A DNA stretch of 64,000 nt from Candidatus Sungiibacteriota bacterium (GTDB lineage Bacteria; Patescibacteriota; Minisyncoccia; Sungbacterales; SURF-37). The notes beneath the pieces were generated by a model. It was given only the letters and a program-made list of their open reading frames with translations, did not search any database and was not told where the DNA came from. Where the stretch lies: NCBI GenBank assembly GCA_016186145.1, contig JACPMF010000002.1:18473-82472 (forward strand). The letters are read 5' to 3'. This document shows positions 39,368 through 48,908 of this stretch, one piece after another (position 1 is the first letter of the stretch; each line of letters begins with the position of its first letter). The translations under genes and the position numbers were made by a program.

Positions 39368-39495
39368 AAATCAAAATTCAAAATGCAAATATCAAAATGA
39401 AATATAAAAATGCAAAAAACACCCCGTGGTACTCAACAAAATTCTCTTTGAATTTTCCTTTTTCATTTTGCATTTTGATGTTTGATTTTTGACTT
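39368..39495. repeat. Gene-less inverted TCAAAAT/ATTTTGA 7-mer array
   Basis: tcaaaat tcaaaat gcaaata tcaaaat ... cattttg cattttg atgtttg atttttg; overlaps the GT C-terminus KSKIKHQNAK. Confidence 0.85.
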
Positions 39496-40584
39496 CAATA
39501 CTGCCTTATATATCTCGATATATTCCTTTGCCACCTTATCCCAACTCATTCTCTTTGCAAAATCAACCGACCCTTTCGAAAACTTTTCTTTCAGACGCGG
39601 GTCCAAGAGGATTTTAACAGCCGCAGCCGCCGCAGCGCCAGAATTCCTCGGCTCAACAAGAATACTATTTTCCCCATTTTCAACGGCATCTTCAGCTCCA
39701 TTTCCGTATGTGCCGACAATAGGCAAACCCGCTGCTGCAGCTTCCAAAAAAGCGAGGCCGAACCCCTCCACATCTCCCCGGTCATCATAAGGCAGCAACA
39801 TGAAGAGCTCGGCATTTCTATAAAGAGCCCTTAGAAACGGACGGCGTATCCCGAAAAAACAAAACGTTTTATCGGCAACGCCAAGACTTTCTGCCGGCGT
39901 GTTTTTAATATCGTGCCCGACAACGACATAATTGAGTCGGGGAAATTGCTTTATCACCTCGGCGAATGCCAAAAAAGAATATTCATATCCCTTCCGTTTT
40001 TTACCGCCGCCGACACTTAACATATACGGCTTCATTCTTTGAATCACAGCGCGTTCTTCTTCTATAAGTTCATCGTGATTGCTTCCGTCAAATTCACGCG
40101 AATCAACCGCATGACTGATGACGGAGATATCAAGACCTTTTGCCCGCAAGGAAATTTCTCTTTTTGTGTAATTTGAAACAGCAATAACTCGATCGGCGCG
40201 CCTATACGCCCAGCCGAGAAGCAGTCTTTTTACCGGATTCTGAAGTGGTTGAATCGCGCCGGTTCCCACGGCAGTAATTACAAGCCGCTTGCCAAGGCCG
40301 AGTGAAGCAACCGCGGCTATGACGCCATAGGGAAAACCGTCGAGAGCGTGAATAATATCACATTTTTTAAAAAAAGATCGGATTCGGGGAATCCTAAAAA
40401 TCATTTTTAACATATCCGAATGCAATACCGGCGCCTCCAAGGGGTGCCCGCAATCTTCCACGGTAAGAACAACCGGCCGTACTGCAGGACATGCCGCGGA
40501 AATCCCCGCTATGAAAGACAAGCCAAAACGTCCGGCTCCGGTATCCTCTTTTAAGTCATGATTTAGGTAGCAAATACGCATCAT
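39463..40584 (-). CDS. GT4 glycosyltransferase
   Basis: RKG, EGFGLAFLEA. Confidence 0.88.
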   Translation of the reverse strand: MMRICYLNHDLKEDTGAGRFGLSFIAGISAACPAVRPVVLTVEDCGHPLEAPVLHSDMLKMIFRIPRIRSFFKKCDIIHALDGFPYGVIAAVASLGLGKRLVITAVGTGAIQPLQNPVKRLLLGWAYRRADRVIAVSNYTKREISLRAKGLDISVISHAVDSREFDGSNHDELIEEERAVIQRMKPYMLSVGGGKKRKGYEYSFLAFAEVIKQFPRLNYVVVGHDIKNTPAESLGVADKTFCFFGIRRPFLRALYRNAELFMLLPYDDRGDVEGFGLAFLEAAAAGLPIVGTYGNGAEDAVENGENSILVEPRNSGAAAAAAVKILLDPRLKEKFSKGSVDFAKRMSWDKVAKEYIEIYKAVLKSKIKHQNAK

Positions 40585-40590
40585 ATTTCT

Positions 40591-41979
40591 TTACCCGCCG
40601 CGCCGTCTCCCGGTTGCCGATCTAAAAAAAGACCTGCCCTCCAGAAGGGCTCTTCTCATCAAGAGCCGATCGTCTTCGTCAAAAGAAAAAAACATTCCGA
40701 CTGGGAACCCCAAGACGGGATACTTTTTCCCTATTTGGCGGTATAAGAACCAGGTCCGCCAAATAACAGGAACAACCCCACCAACTCCCGCAGCAAGAAT
40801 TCCTATGAACGGGGCCAAAAGAATAAAAAGTCCGAAATTGATCGCGATCTCCGCGAAAAGCCTCGCGGCCAAAACTTTTTGCTCTCTTAGCGCGGTAAGA
40901 ACAGCCATCTCCAGCTGCTGCATCCCGTGGAAAGGAACAGAAACGAGAAAGACGGTAAAAAGAGGTATTGCAGAAAGATACTTCGGGAATAAAAACCCAA
41001 CAACCAGCGGCACAAAGAAAAAAGCGGCCGCCGCAAGGACCATTCCGAACAAAAGGGAGTACTTCATGCCGCGGCCAAAAATATAGCTAAGGCGCTTAAA
41101 ATCATTCACTTCCCACGCGAGCAGTGATGACGCCGCCGCCGGAAACAAGCCCTTTACCATAGTTATCAAATTTGCGGCAAGGGCATAAAGAGCAACCGCT
41201 TCCGTTCCCAAAAAGGTTACGATGAGCCACGGTTGAACTGGTTTTGCCGCCTTCTTTACCGCGGAGCGAAGCAACAGCCACGGTCCGTAGCGCTTAACAA
41301 TCGACTTAAACACAAACTCTTTTGACGCCGTTACGCCCCGTAAAAACCCCCGATACTCCCGAAAGAACGGCATAGCTACATACACAAGCGAAATCAAAAC
41401 ACCGACAAGTGTCGCGGCAAGCACGGTACTGATAGAGAGCCCTCCGAAAAAGAAAAACCAGGAAACAAGAACGAGCTTAGACGCTTCTTCTACGGCCGCG
41501 GCGCCAAGCCCCCGCAGCGACACCACTGCTCCTAAAAAAAGCTCGCCGATTGAACGGATTGCCCGAAGCCCCGCAATAAAACTTGCAACTTGAATATATG
41601 AACCAATATCCTTACCGTATATCTTTGCAACAATGTCGGCGCCGAAAAACAGCGCGAACGTCACGACAACGCCAAATCCAATTTTTAAAAAAGCGATCTC
41701 GGTAAAAAGCCGTTTTGCTTTCTCTTTACGATTATCACCAAGCTCCCGGGTAATATCATTTTGAACCACTTCGTCAAACAGGTTTACGGAAAACACGCCA
41801 TAGAGCACGAGAGCAGAAAGCACCAACTGATACAATCCGAACTCGTAAACCGAGAGCGCGGTAAGCGTAAGGAAAGAACTGGTAAGGCCGACGAAGGTGT
41901 TCGCCGATCCCCAAAGGCGCCCGAGCAGGTTTCCCCGCACAAAGCGTTCGGCAAAAGAATGAGGCGGTTTATAATTCAT
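40591..41979 (-). CDS. Wzx-type oligosaccharide flippase
   Basis: ~12 TM helices, MATE-like layout, locus context. Confidence 0.75.
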   Translation of the reverse strand: MNYKPPHSFAERFVRGNLLGRLWGSANTFVGLTSSFLTLTALSVYEFGLYQLVLSALVLYGVFSVNLFDEVVQNDITRELGDNRKEKAKRLFTEIAFLKIGFGVVVTFALFFGADIVAKIYGKDIGSYIQVASFIAGLRAIRSIGELFLGAVVSLRGLGAAAVEEASKLVLVSWFFFFGGLSISTVLAATLVGVLISLVYVAMPFFREYRGFLRGVTASKEFVFKSIVKRYGPWLLLRSAVKKAAKPVQPWLIVTFLGTEAVALYALAANLITMVKGLFPAAASSLLAWEVNDFKRLSYIFGRGMKYSLLFGMVLAAAAFFFVPLVVGFLFPKYLSAIPLFTVFLVSVPFHGMQQLEMAVLTALREQKVLAARLFAEIAINFGLFILLAPFIGILAAGVGGVVPVIWRTWFLYRQIGKKYPVLGFPVGMFFSFDEDDRLLMRRALLEGRSFFRSATGRRRGG

Positions 41980-43735
41980 AAATTTCTACAAATTTTCCGA
42001 GGCGCTGTATCCGAAAAAGATCCGCCAACGAAATCGTCGCAATCTCTCCGCCGGCGTCCGTCGCCGTTTCGAATTTTTGCCCGGCGCCGTTATCAAAACG
42101 CGCGACCAGGCGGCTTTGCCGAACCAATGCCGCCGACCGCGGATCTAAATCGCGTCTGTCAAAATAGTCATACTCCACTATGAAATAGCGAAATCCTTGT
42201 TTTCTGAAAAATTCAGCGTCGCTGATTTTTCTTTCTTGCGAATCACGCGATACAAAGTGCAAGTTTAAAAAATGATACGCCGGTTTGGGATATAGTTCAT
42301 CCGAAAACCTCAAGCGGGCGTAATCGGCGGCGCGAAGAGCGCCCGAATCAATCCGCTCAAGATTCTTAATCCCTTCTTTGGTATTAGGAATTCGCAAATA
42401 CTGGGAGTCGGCAAGAATTTTTTCACCCTCAAGGATATGCCGCGCTACCCACGCGCTCGCTTCCAACCGGGTATCGGGTTGAAAAATTAACCAGTCATAG
42501 CGAAAATCAGTTACGGATTGCCAGCCAAAAAACAAAATAACAAATAAAGCAGTAATCAAGTACTTCAATACAGCGCTGTATTGAAGTATTGCTAAGGCTA
42601 CCAATTTATTCCACAATACGTCGGCGGTGTGGCCGGCAAAAACGGCAAAGAGTGGCAGGATAAAAATCAGACCGCGCGGGATGGGATTAAAGAAAGAATA
42701 CAACAGTGCTAAGTACAAAACGACAAAAAGCGCACCACCCAAAACCCACCGAGGGTTTCTCTTAAAAAACAGAAACGCGGCCCCAAGAAGCGCAAAAACA
42801 AAGAGAATCGTTTCGTAACGAAGCAGAAGTTTGGTGTAAAACCACACGAACTCAATCAGGCCTAAAATACTTTTATCAGCGAGGCCGGAAAGCCTCTGAA
42901 CGACATCCACGCTTGGGCCGGAAGCGCCCTCCGCCCTTGTAAAACCGTACGGATAAAGCGCTACAAAGATAAGCGAGATTAACGCGAACAAAAGAATCGA
43001 AAAAATAAACTTCCGATCAACGATTTTTTTCCAAAAGGGAGTAGTTGCGGGCCGAAAGAAGTGAGCAAGCATGAACGGAACAAGCCCCACGACGCTTGCA
43101 GTATTTATCCCACCGACAGACACGCCAAGAAGAATCCCTATAGCGGCATATATTTTTGAGCCGCCCTCGCCGGCAGCAATTTTTGCCGAGAGAAACCAAA
43201 CCGCATAGATTAACAAAGCCGCCGGCATCCAATGCCGAACCACCTGGGAAAGCTGTAAATGATAAAAACTTACCGCGAGAAACAACGCCGCAAAAAGACC
43301 CGCCTTTTCGCTTTGAAAAAGTTTTCTGGCAAGAAGATAAACGAGAAATATATTGGCAATTCCAAAAAAAGCATTAAAAACTCTTCCAATAAGCCATATA
43401 AAACCGGGATCAACCGCAAGAGTATTCTTATAGTCAGTAAACGGCGGCAGACCGGAAAGCAAATAATGAATGCCGACAAACGGCGCAAGACCGATCAAAT
43501 AAAAATAAGACGGCCCGGGAGGGTAGTAAAGAACTTTTTTAAACTCATCCTGATGCAACGCGGGGACTAAAGTTTTCAACTCCGCCATCTTGAGTGCGCC
43601 GTATATGAGCGCGGGCTCATCTTTAACCAAAAAAAGCGGGAAGCCGTAAGCAATTCCCCCGAGGCGCAAGAATAGCGCGAGAAAAAGAATCCAGAAAATC
43701 GGCCTTTTTATAATTTTGAAAATCGGATACGCCAT
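41969..43735 (-). CDS. GT-C membrane glycosyltransferase (ArnT/PMT-like)
   Basis: RL.G...DE motif, YPP, multi-TM. Confidence 0.78.
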   Translation of the reverse strand: MAYPIFKIIKRPIFWILFLALFLRLGGIAYGFPLFLVKDEPALIYGALKMAELKTLVPALHQDEFKKVLYYPPGPSYFYLIGLAPFVGIHYLLSGLPPFTDYKNTLAVDPGFIWLIGRVFNAFFGIANIFLVYLLARKLFQSEKAGLFAALFLAVSFYHLQLSQVVRHWMPAALLIYAVWFLSAKIAAGEGGSKIYAAIGILLGVSVGGINTASVVGLVPFMLAHFFRPATTPFWKKIVDRKFIFSILLFALISLIFVALYPYGFTRAEGASGPSVDVVQRLSGLADKSILGLIEFVWFYTKLLLRYETILFVFALLGAAFLFFKRNPRWVLGGALFVVLYLALLYSFFNPIPRGLIFILPLFAVFAGHTADVLWNKLVALAILQYSAVLKYLITALFVILFFGWQSVTDFRYDWLIFQPDTRLEASAWVARHILEGEKILADSQYLRIPNTKEGIKNLERIDSGALRAADYARLRFSDELYPKPAYHFLNLHFVSRDSQERKISDAEFFRKQGFRYFIVEYDYFDRRDLDPRSAALVRQSRLVARFDNGAGQKFETATDAGGEIATISLADLFRIQRLGKFVEIYEL

Positions 43736-44415
43736 GGTTCAATAAGCCCTTCCCAAATTATATGGGTATTTATTTTTGATTGGCCGGCTCTGCGTTCCGT
43801 AAAAACAATTGGGATTTCCTTTATACGCGCGCTACGGCGGTAAAACATTGTCCGAAGCGTAAACCACCAGGCATAACCGGACGGTTTTATTTTTTCGAAA
43901 GGCACCATCTTAAGAAAGTCGGTTCTCATACAGGAAAAACCGGCAGTACAATCCCGAATCGGCAGCCCGGTAATAAACCGCACGTATATATTCCCACCCC
44001 AAGAAAGAATCCTTCGCCATAACTCCCAATTCTCGATCCCGCCACCCTGCATATACCGCGACCCGATAACAAGATCACGGTTCTCTGCCGCCCCAACCAA
44101 TGCAGGAATGTACTTTGGATTGTGTGAAAAATCAGCATCAATAGTAACAACACAGTCATCACCCTCTTCGCTTAAAACCTTCCGGAACGCCGTTTGATAA
44201 GCCGACCCCATGCCAAGCTTTTCCGAACGCGTCATGACCGACACGCGCGAATCCTTTGCGGCATATTCGCGCACCAAACCGGCGGTGCCATCAGGAGACC
44301 CATCGTCAATCACCAAAATTCTTGTGTCCTCGGGCATATACCGAAAAATTTCCGTAATAAGCAAAACGATGTTCTCCCGTTCGTTGTAGGTTGGGATAAT
44401 AATACGCGCTTTCAT
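43708..44415 (-). CDS. Polyprenol-phosphate glycosyltransferase (Ppm1/DPM1-like GT2)
   Basis: IPTYNEREN, DDGSPDGT, DADFSH, DCTAGF. Confidence 0.9.
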   Translation of the reverse strand: MKARIIIPTYNERENIVLLITEIFRYMPEDTRILVIDDGSPDGTAGLVREYAAKDSRVSVMTRSEKLGMGSAYQTAFRKVLSEEGDDCVVTIDADFSHNPKYIPALVGAAENRDLVIGSRYMQGGGIENWELWRRILSWGGNIYVRFITGLPIRDCTAGFSCMRTDFLKMVPFEKIKPSGYAWWFTLRTMFYRRSARIKEIPIVFTERRAGQSKINTHIIWEGLIEPWRIRFSKL

Positions 44416-44430
44416 GAAAAAAAATAGAAA

Positions 44431-45549
44431 CTAGGAAAATAGTGCAATAAACTTCGGCAAGACCTTATTAAGATCGTACTTTTTAACCCACCCCTTTTCT
44501 TCTTCCGAAGTGCGGCGCATATCAGAAGTCGGCTCGGTAAGCAACTCAACAATTTTTGCCGCAAATCCGTTAATATCCCCGCTCCTGACAATATATTTCT
44601 GAAGTATTGGTGGCGTTATCTCTCCTACTCCGCCAACGTTGCTTGCAACATACGGAACGCCTGCGGCCATTGCCTCCAAAAGAACATGCGGGAATCCTTC
44701 TTCCTCGGACGGCATAAAGAAAACATCGGCAGCCGCAAAATAATTTTCAATTTCCGCATTAGGAACACTCCCGATTAAACGAACAAATCGTCCCAACCCT
44801 TGGTTTTTAACTTCCAACCTTAACCTTTCAAGCTCCGGGCCGTCGCCAACAATAACAAATATAACATTTTTAGACTGCCCTGTAACCGATTTAACGACGG
44901 GCACGATCACATGCGCCCCCTTCCTCCGCGACAGACGGTGCACAAAAAGAACTATTTTCCTATTACTGTCCACTCCGAATCTTTTCTTCGCAGAGCCACG
45001 ATCATGACCATTATCAAAACGAAGTATTTTAATCCAATTCGGCAGGATAATTATACGCTTTCGATCCAGGCGATAACGGCGGCCGTATTCTGATGCGATA
45101 CCGGCCGTTCCGGTAACTAAAATGTTGTGCCGCATTGCAAACCGAAATACGGTTTCCTCAAAAAATGAACGGCGATAAAGCCATGGCGCCCCGCAATTCC
45201 AATAATACGAAACGCCGCCAAAAAATGCCGTAACAAACCACGACGCCAATGCTCCATAAAACGAATAATGCGTGTAAAAATATCTTCTGCCCCTCATACG
45301 CTCGCGCATCAAAATAAAAAGAAGTTCTCCAAATCGTAGCGGCGGAAACGAAAACCTCTGACAATAAAAACGAAAAGGCGCATTACCAGGCAATAATTTT
45401 GCTTTTTCAATAACTAAAAAAATATCCAGATTCTCTCGCGCGCGCTCCAATAATTGATACAAATTAAAAAAATGGCTGCCGGTGGCAGGATCATACATCG
45501 GAAGAATATAGCAAATACCGGGTCTATGATTTTCAACCATCTGCAACAA
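44431..45549 (-). CDS. GT4 glycosyltransferase
   Basis: RLSRRKG, EEGFPHVLLEA. Confidence 0.88.
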   Translation of the reverse strand: MLQMVENHRPGICYILPMYDPATGSHFFNLYQLLERARENLDIFLVIEKAKLLPGNAPFRFYCQRFSFPPLRFGELLFILMRERMRGRRYFYTHYSFYGALASWFVTAFFGGVSYYWNCGAPWLYRRSFFEETVFRFAMRHNILVTGTAGIASEYGRRYRLDRKRIIILPNWIKILRFDNGHDRGSAKKRFGVDSNRKIVLFVHRLSRRKGAHVIVPVVKSVTGQSKNVIFVIVGDGPELERLRLEVKNQGLGRFVRLIGSVPNAEIENYFAAADVFFMPSEEEGFPHVLLEAMAAGVPYVASNVGGVGEITPPILQKYIVRSGDINGFAAKIVELLTEPTSDMRRTSEEEKGWVKKYDLNKVLPKFIALFS

Positions 45550-45684
45550 ATAATACCCAAAAGAGCCTGATAAAGTTGCTTTTTAACTATCCCATGACCC
45601 ATGACACTTTTACGCTTTATTGACTTCCACGCACAGATCAGTTAACTTCATTATAGAACTTTCGAATTCCATAGGGGGGCTGTC

Positions 45685-45903
45685 ATGCTGACAAACCGCG
45701 AAGTGGTTAAGCGTATCAATCGTTGGGCTAAGAAGCCGAGGGCCAGGGTGCCTGTTTGCGGTCATAACGAATCACATGGTCGATTAAAGGCCATCATCCT
45801 TAAGGACGGGGGACTTGGTAGCGAAGTTGTGATGTCCTGCACTCAATGTGATTTCAAAGAATTCGCTGAATTGCCCAATACCGCCTATCAGAAAGTTGCT
45901 TAG
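45685..45903 (+). CDS. Small hypothetical protein, possible Zn-binding (C..H...H...CxxC)
   Basis: TTGACT promoter at 45620, G-rich RBS, terminator 45914-45937. Confidence 0.65.
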   Translation: MLTNREVVKRINRWAKKPRARVPVCGHNESHGRLKAIILKDGGLGSEVVMSCTQCDFKEFAELPNTAYQKVA

Positions 45904-46056
45904 CTCTCGTCACGGACCCGCAATGTCGGGTCCTTTTCATATCCCTACGCCCCATGACATCTCTGTTATTTCAACGGTGTCCCGTGGTGACTCTTGACTT
46001 TTCCATTCTACTGGATGATATTAGTATCAGTACATTTAACCAACGGGGAGGTTGTC

Positions 46057-46278
46057 ATGGAAACATTTAAGGGATTACTGCTACTTATCGTTTTATCTGT
46101 TGCAGTCGGTCTTGCGACGTGGTGGGCATCCCCTTTTGATGGCTTCTGGCTTCCTCGTTTTGTTCTCTTCCTGTTTTTCGAGGCATCCGTGGTTATGAGT
46201 ATATTCGGTGCCCTCGCCCTAATTGCTATGCCCTTTGCCTTAATGCTCGGAGCTGTCCCCGAAAATAAATCGCGATAA
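46057..46278 (+). CDS. Small 2-TM hypothetical protein
   Basis: TTGACT-N17-GATATT promoter, GGGGAGG RBS, hydrophobic. Confidence 0.65.
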   Translation: METFKGLLLLIVLSVAVGLATWWASPFDGFWLPRFVLFLFFEASVVMSIFGALALIAMPFALMLGAVPENKSR

Positions 46279-46417
46279 TCGCCCAGTGCCATGGCTCTCT
46301 ACGACCCGTGGCATTTCTGTTACTTCAACGGTGTCCCGTGGTGATTATTGCGGTTATCTTCCCATTCGACTATCCTTAAGATAAATCAGTTCTTTGCTTT
46401 TCGTGGGGGGGGTTACC

Positions 46418-46633
46418 ATGGGCAGATATTGGGTTTGGATGGCCTTATCTTTGGCCCTTGTTGGTCTGTTCTTCGGGATTCTTGGTGCCTATAAAATGGT
46501 TACTTCGCAAAATTTCCAAAGCTTGTGGTATATGATCTTTGGCATTGCCATCCTTTGTACAAATTTGATTTGGATAAAGAGAATGTGTAAGAAATATCCT
46601 CCGTCAACCACTACAAAACACGTCATCTTCTAA
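46418..46633 (+). CDS. Small 2-TM hypothetical protein
   Basis: TTGCGG-N17-TATCCT promoter, poly-G RBS, terminator 46650-46670. Confidence 0.6.
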   Translation: MGRYWVWMALSLALVGLFFGILGAYKMVTSQNFQSLWYMIFGIAILCTNLIWIKRMCKKYPPSTTTKHVIF

Positions 46634-46727
46634 TATCCTTCCATTCAATGAGCCGTTCCTACGGCTCTTTATCTTTGCCTCTACGAACCATGACACTTTT
46701 TATACTTCAGCAATGTCATAACAATAC

Positions 46728-47393
46728 CTAACTTCTGCGCACCTCTTCCAATCGCGCCTCTGTTCCAGCATCCTGCCAAAAACCGTTATGCAAAAAAACG
46801 TGGAGACTTCCAGATTCCGCAAGACGAGGAAATACGTCTTTTTCGATCATAAATGTTTTTTCCATAATTCCCTCAAAATGTTTTGGATGTAAAATGTAAC
46901 AACCGGCATTGATATATCCCGGCTTCAACTCGGCCGGTTTTTCTAAAAATGCTTTTATGCGACCGTCTTTGATTTCCAAAAGTCCGAAATCGCGCGCATC
47001 TTCGCGCCACGCGCCAACTATACATGGCATTCCCGGCTTATGCGTTTTTAAAAGCGACGTAAAATCAATATCGTTCATCACATCTCCGTTCAAAACCATA
47101 AAATCCTCGCCGATATCGCTTGTGGCAAACTTAACAGCACCCCCCGTCCCGAGCGGCTCCGGTTCAACAACATGTTCAATATAACCCTTGCCGTTGTCGG
47201 TCAGATGCGCAATTATTTGATCCGCCCGGAAACCCAAAGACAGCCGTATATCTTTAAGACCGTGCTTCTCAAGGCCCTCAACGATGTGATCAAGCATCGC
47301 CTTGCCGCGAATCTTAACAAGCGCTTTCGGAATATCTTTTGCCGAATTCGGAAGACGCGTTCCCTTGCCTCCGGCAAGTATTATGACCTTCAT
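46728..47393 (-). CDS. Sugar-phosphate nucleotidyltransferase (M1P guanylyltransferase/LegX-like)
   Basis: ILAGGKGTRL, PKAL, EPLGTGG, NGD, WQDAGT. Confidence 0.9.
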   Translation of the reverse strand: MKVIILAGGKGTRLPNSAKDIPKALVKIRGKAMLDHIVEGLEKHGLKDIRLSLGFRADQIIAHLTDNGKGYIEHVVEPEPLGTGGAVKFATSDIGEDFMVLNGDVMNDIDFTSLLKTHKPGMPCIVGAWREDARDFGLLEIKDGRIKAFLEKPAELKPGYINAGCYILHPKHFEGIMEKTFMIEKDVFPRLAESGSLHVFLHNGFWQDAGTEARLEEVRRS

Positions 47394-47687
47394 CCCACAC
47401 ATAACTAATGCGTAAAACTATTGCGAAGTCTTTCCTTGAGCCTCCGCAGTCCCTGCGCATGTAGCTTTAAAGATTTCTCCCGATTATATGCATCTATTTT
47501 TGAAGAGTATGCCTCAAAATATACAAGGCGCCATGGAGCATACTTTTTGGTGTGGTATGAAAAACCACTATTATGCCACGAAAGTCGTTTCTGCAAATTA
47601 GAAGTACATCCTATATACAAACTGCGATTTTTCTTAGATTGTAAGAGATATACACAATAAAGCATAGCGCATTAGTTATGTGTGGGA
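47393..47687. mobile_element. 295-bp TIR element carrying GIY-YIG, inserted at a start codon
   Basis: Perfect 20-bp TIR TCCCACACATAACTAATGCG; TTCA at 47389-92 and 47688-91. Confidence 0.9.
47405..47665 (-). CDS. Small GIY-YIG nuclease
   Basis: VYLLQS...LYIGCT...R...HN, AYNREKSLK. Confidence 0.9.
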   Translation of the reverse strand: MLYCVYLLQSKKNRSLYIGCTSNLQKRLSWHNSGFSYHTKKYAPWRLVYFEAYSSKIDAYNREKSLKLHAQGLRRLKERLRNSFTH

Positions 47688-47741
47688 TTCATAAACAAAA
47701 GAAGTGATACTTCTGTCTATTCCGTAATACCCTCAAAAGCA

Positions 47742-48908
47742 TCACAAAGTACTCAAACGGCCGATAATGCGTTCGGTCCGTTTTTTCCACGTATGATCTC
47801 CGGCTATTTCCAGCGCGCGGACGGCGCGCCTTCTTGACTCCGTGCGATCAGTAACCGCCCGATTTATGCCTTCCGCCAATGCTTCGGCGTTTTCCGGCTC
47901 AACCAAAAACGCCGAAGCATCGTCAATAATTTCCCTTATAGAATTCAAATCAGAAGCGACAATCGGCACGCCGCTTGCCATGTATTCAAAAATCTTCATC
48001 GGCGACATGTAAAAATTATAATGATCGTTTTTAGGAAACGGCGATATCAAAACATCGCACATTTTCAGATACTGGGGAACGCTGGAATGTTTAACCCAAC
48101 CGGTAAAAATAAGCTTCCGCTCTATGCCCATACCGGACGCCATTCTTTTATAATAGTCCGCATCTTCTTTACTTCCTCCGATTATAAGGGCCTTAAAATC
48201 GGGGCCAAGCAACTTCATAGCGCTAAACAGAGTTCCAACACCCTTTTCCATGTCCATAGTCCGCAACGAACCTGCGTAGCCGATCAAAAAGGTCTCCTCC
48301 GGAATATCGTAAGATTTTCTTAACAATACGCCATTGCCGGCCCCTGAAAAAGATTCAACATCAACAGCGTTTGGCTCATAGAAAAGCCTCTCTGCGGGCA
48401 CATCAAACAATTCGGCAATGCGCCCCTGTTTCCACCGGTTTGTAACAACCGCAAAACGGACGCGCCTGAAAAGCGTTTTATAAAATCTTGTATTACGAGG
48501 GAAATCATGCACTTCGTAAACAGTGTTTGGGAACCTCAACGAGGCAAAAAGAAGCGGCAACGCCTCATTTGAATACACGACAGCATCTTTTTTTGCAAAA
48601 AACAAAAGATACAGCAAAACCATTTTTGAAAACACGATATAACTTGCCGCAAAAGCCAGCCGCTTAAAAAAAGGCAGAAAAAGTAAGTCAATGGTCGGAA
48701 GATAAACAACCTTAAAATTATTTTTTACACCGTAAAATTCCGCAGGAGTGTTTCTTGATCTGCCGAGACGCCTCGGCGCGAGAAAAGTAACGGACACGCC
48801 AGCATCGGCAAACGCCTCCGCATTTTTTGCGGCAAAAACTGCCGCCGCTTTCTCGCCGGGAAATCTGCCGTGAAATATCAAAAATAGCTCTTTATGCACT
48901 GGCCTCAT
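47742..48908 (-). CDS. GT4 glycosyltransferase
   Basis: KGV, SPMKIFEYMASG. Confidence 0.88.
   Translation of the reverse strand: MRPVHKELFLIFHGRFPGEKAAAVFAAKNAEAFADAGVSVTFLAPRRLGRSRNTPAEFYGVKNNFKVVYLPTIDLLFLPFFKRLAFAASYIVFSKMVLLYLLFFAKKDAVVYSNEALPLLFASLRFPNTVYEVHDFPRNTRFYKTLFRRVRFAVVTNRWKQGRIAELFDVPAERLFYEPNAVDVESFSGAGNGVLLRKSYDIPEETFLIGYAGSLRTMDMEKGVGTLFSAMKLLGPDFKALIIGGSKEDADYYKRMASGMGIERKLIFTGWVKHSSVPQYLKMCDVLISPFPKNDHYNFYMSPMKIFEYMASGVPIVASDLNSIREIIDDASAFLVEPENAEALAEGINRAVTDRTESRRRAVRALEIAGDHTWKKRTERIIGRLSTL

Larger units (their letters stand above)
45599..46726 (+). repeat. Four ~48-bp repeats (45599-45617 partial, 45943-45990, 46297-46344, 46679-46726) bracketing three small genes
   Basis: R2 and R3 are 42/48 identical; core CC(A/G)TG(A/G)CA-N18-TGTC. 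Confidence 0.85.

Noticed and set aside
45599-46726. CRISPR array
   Set aside because: The spacers are ~300 bp and contain genes with promoters, the repeats are degenerate, and there are no cas genes in the window.
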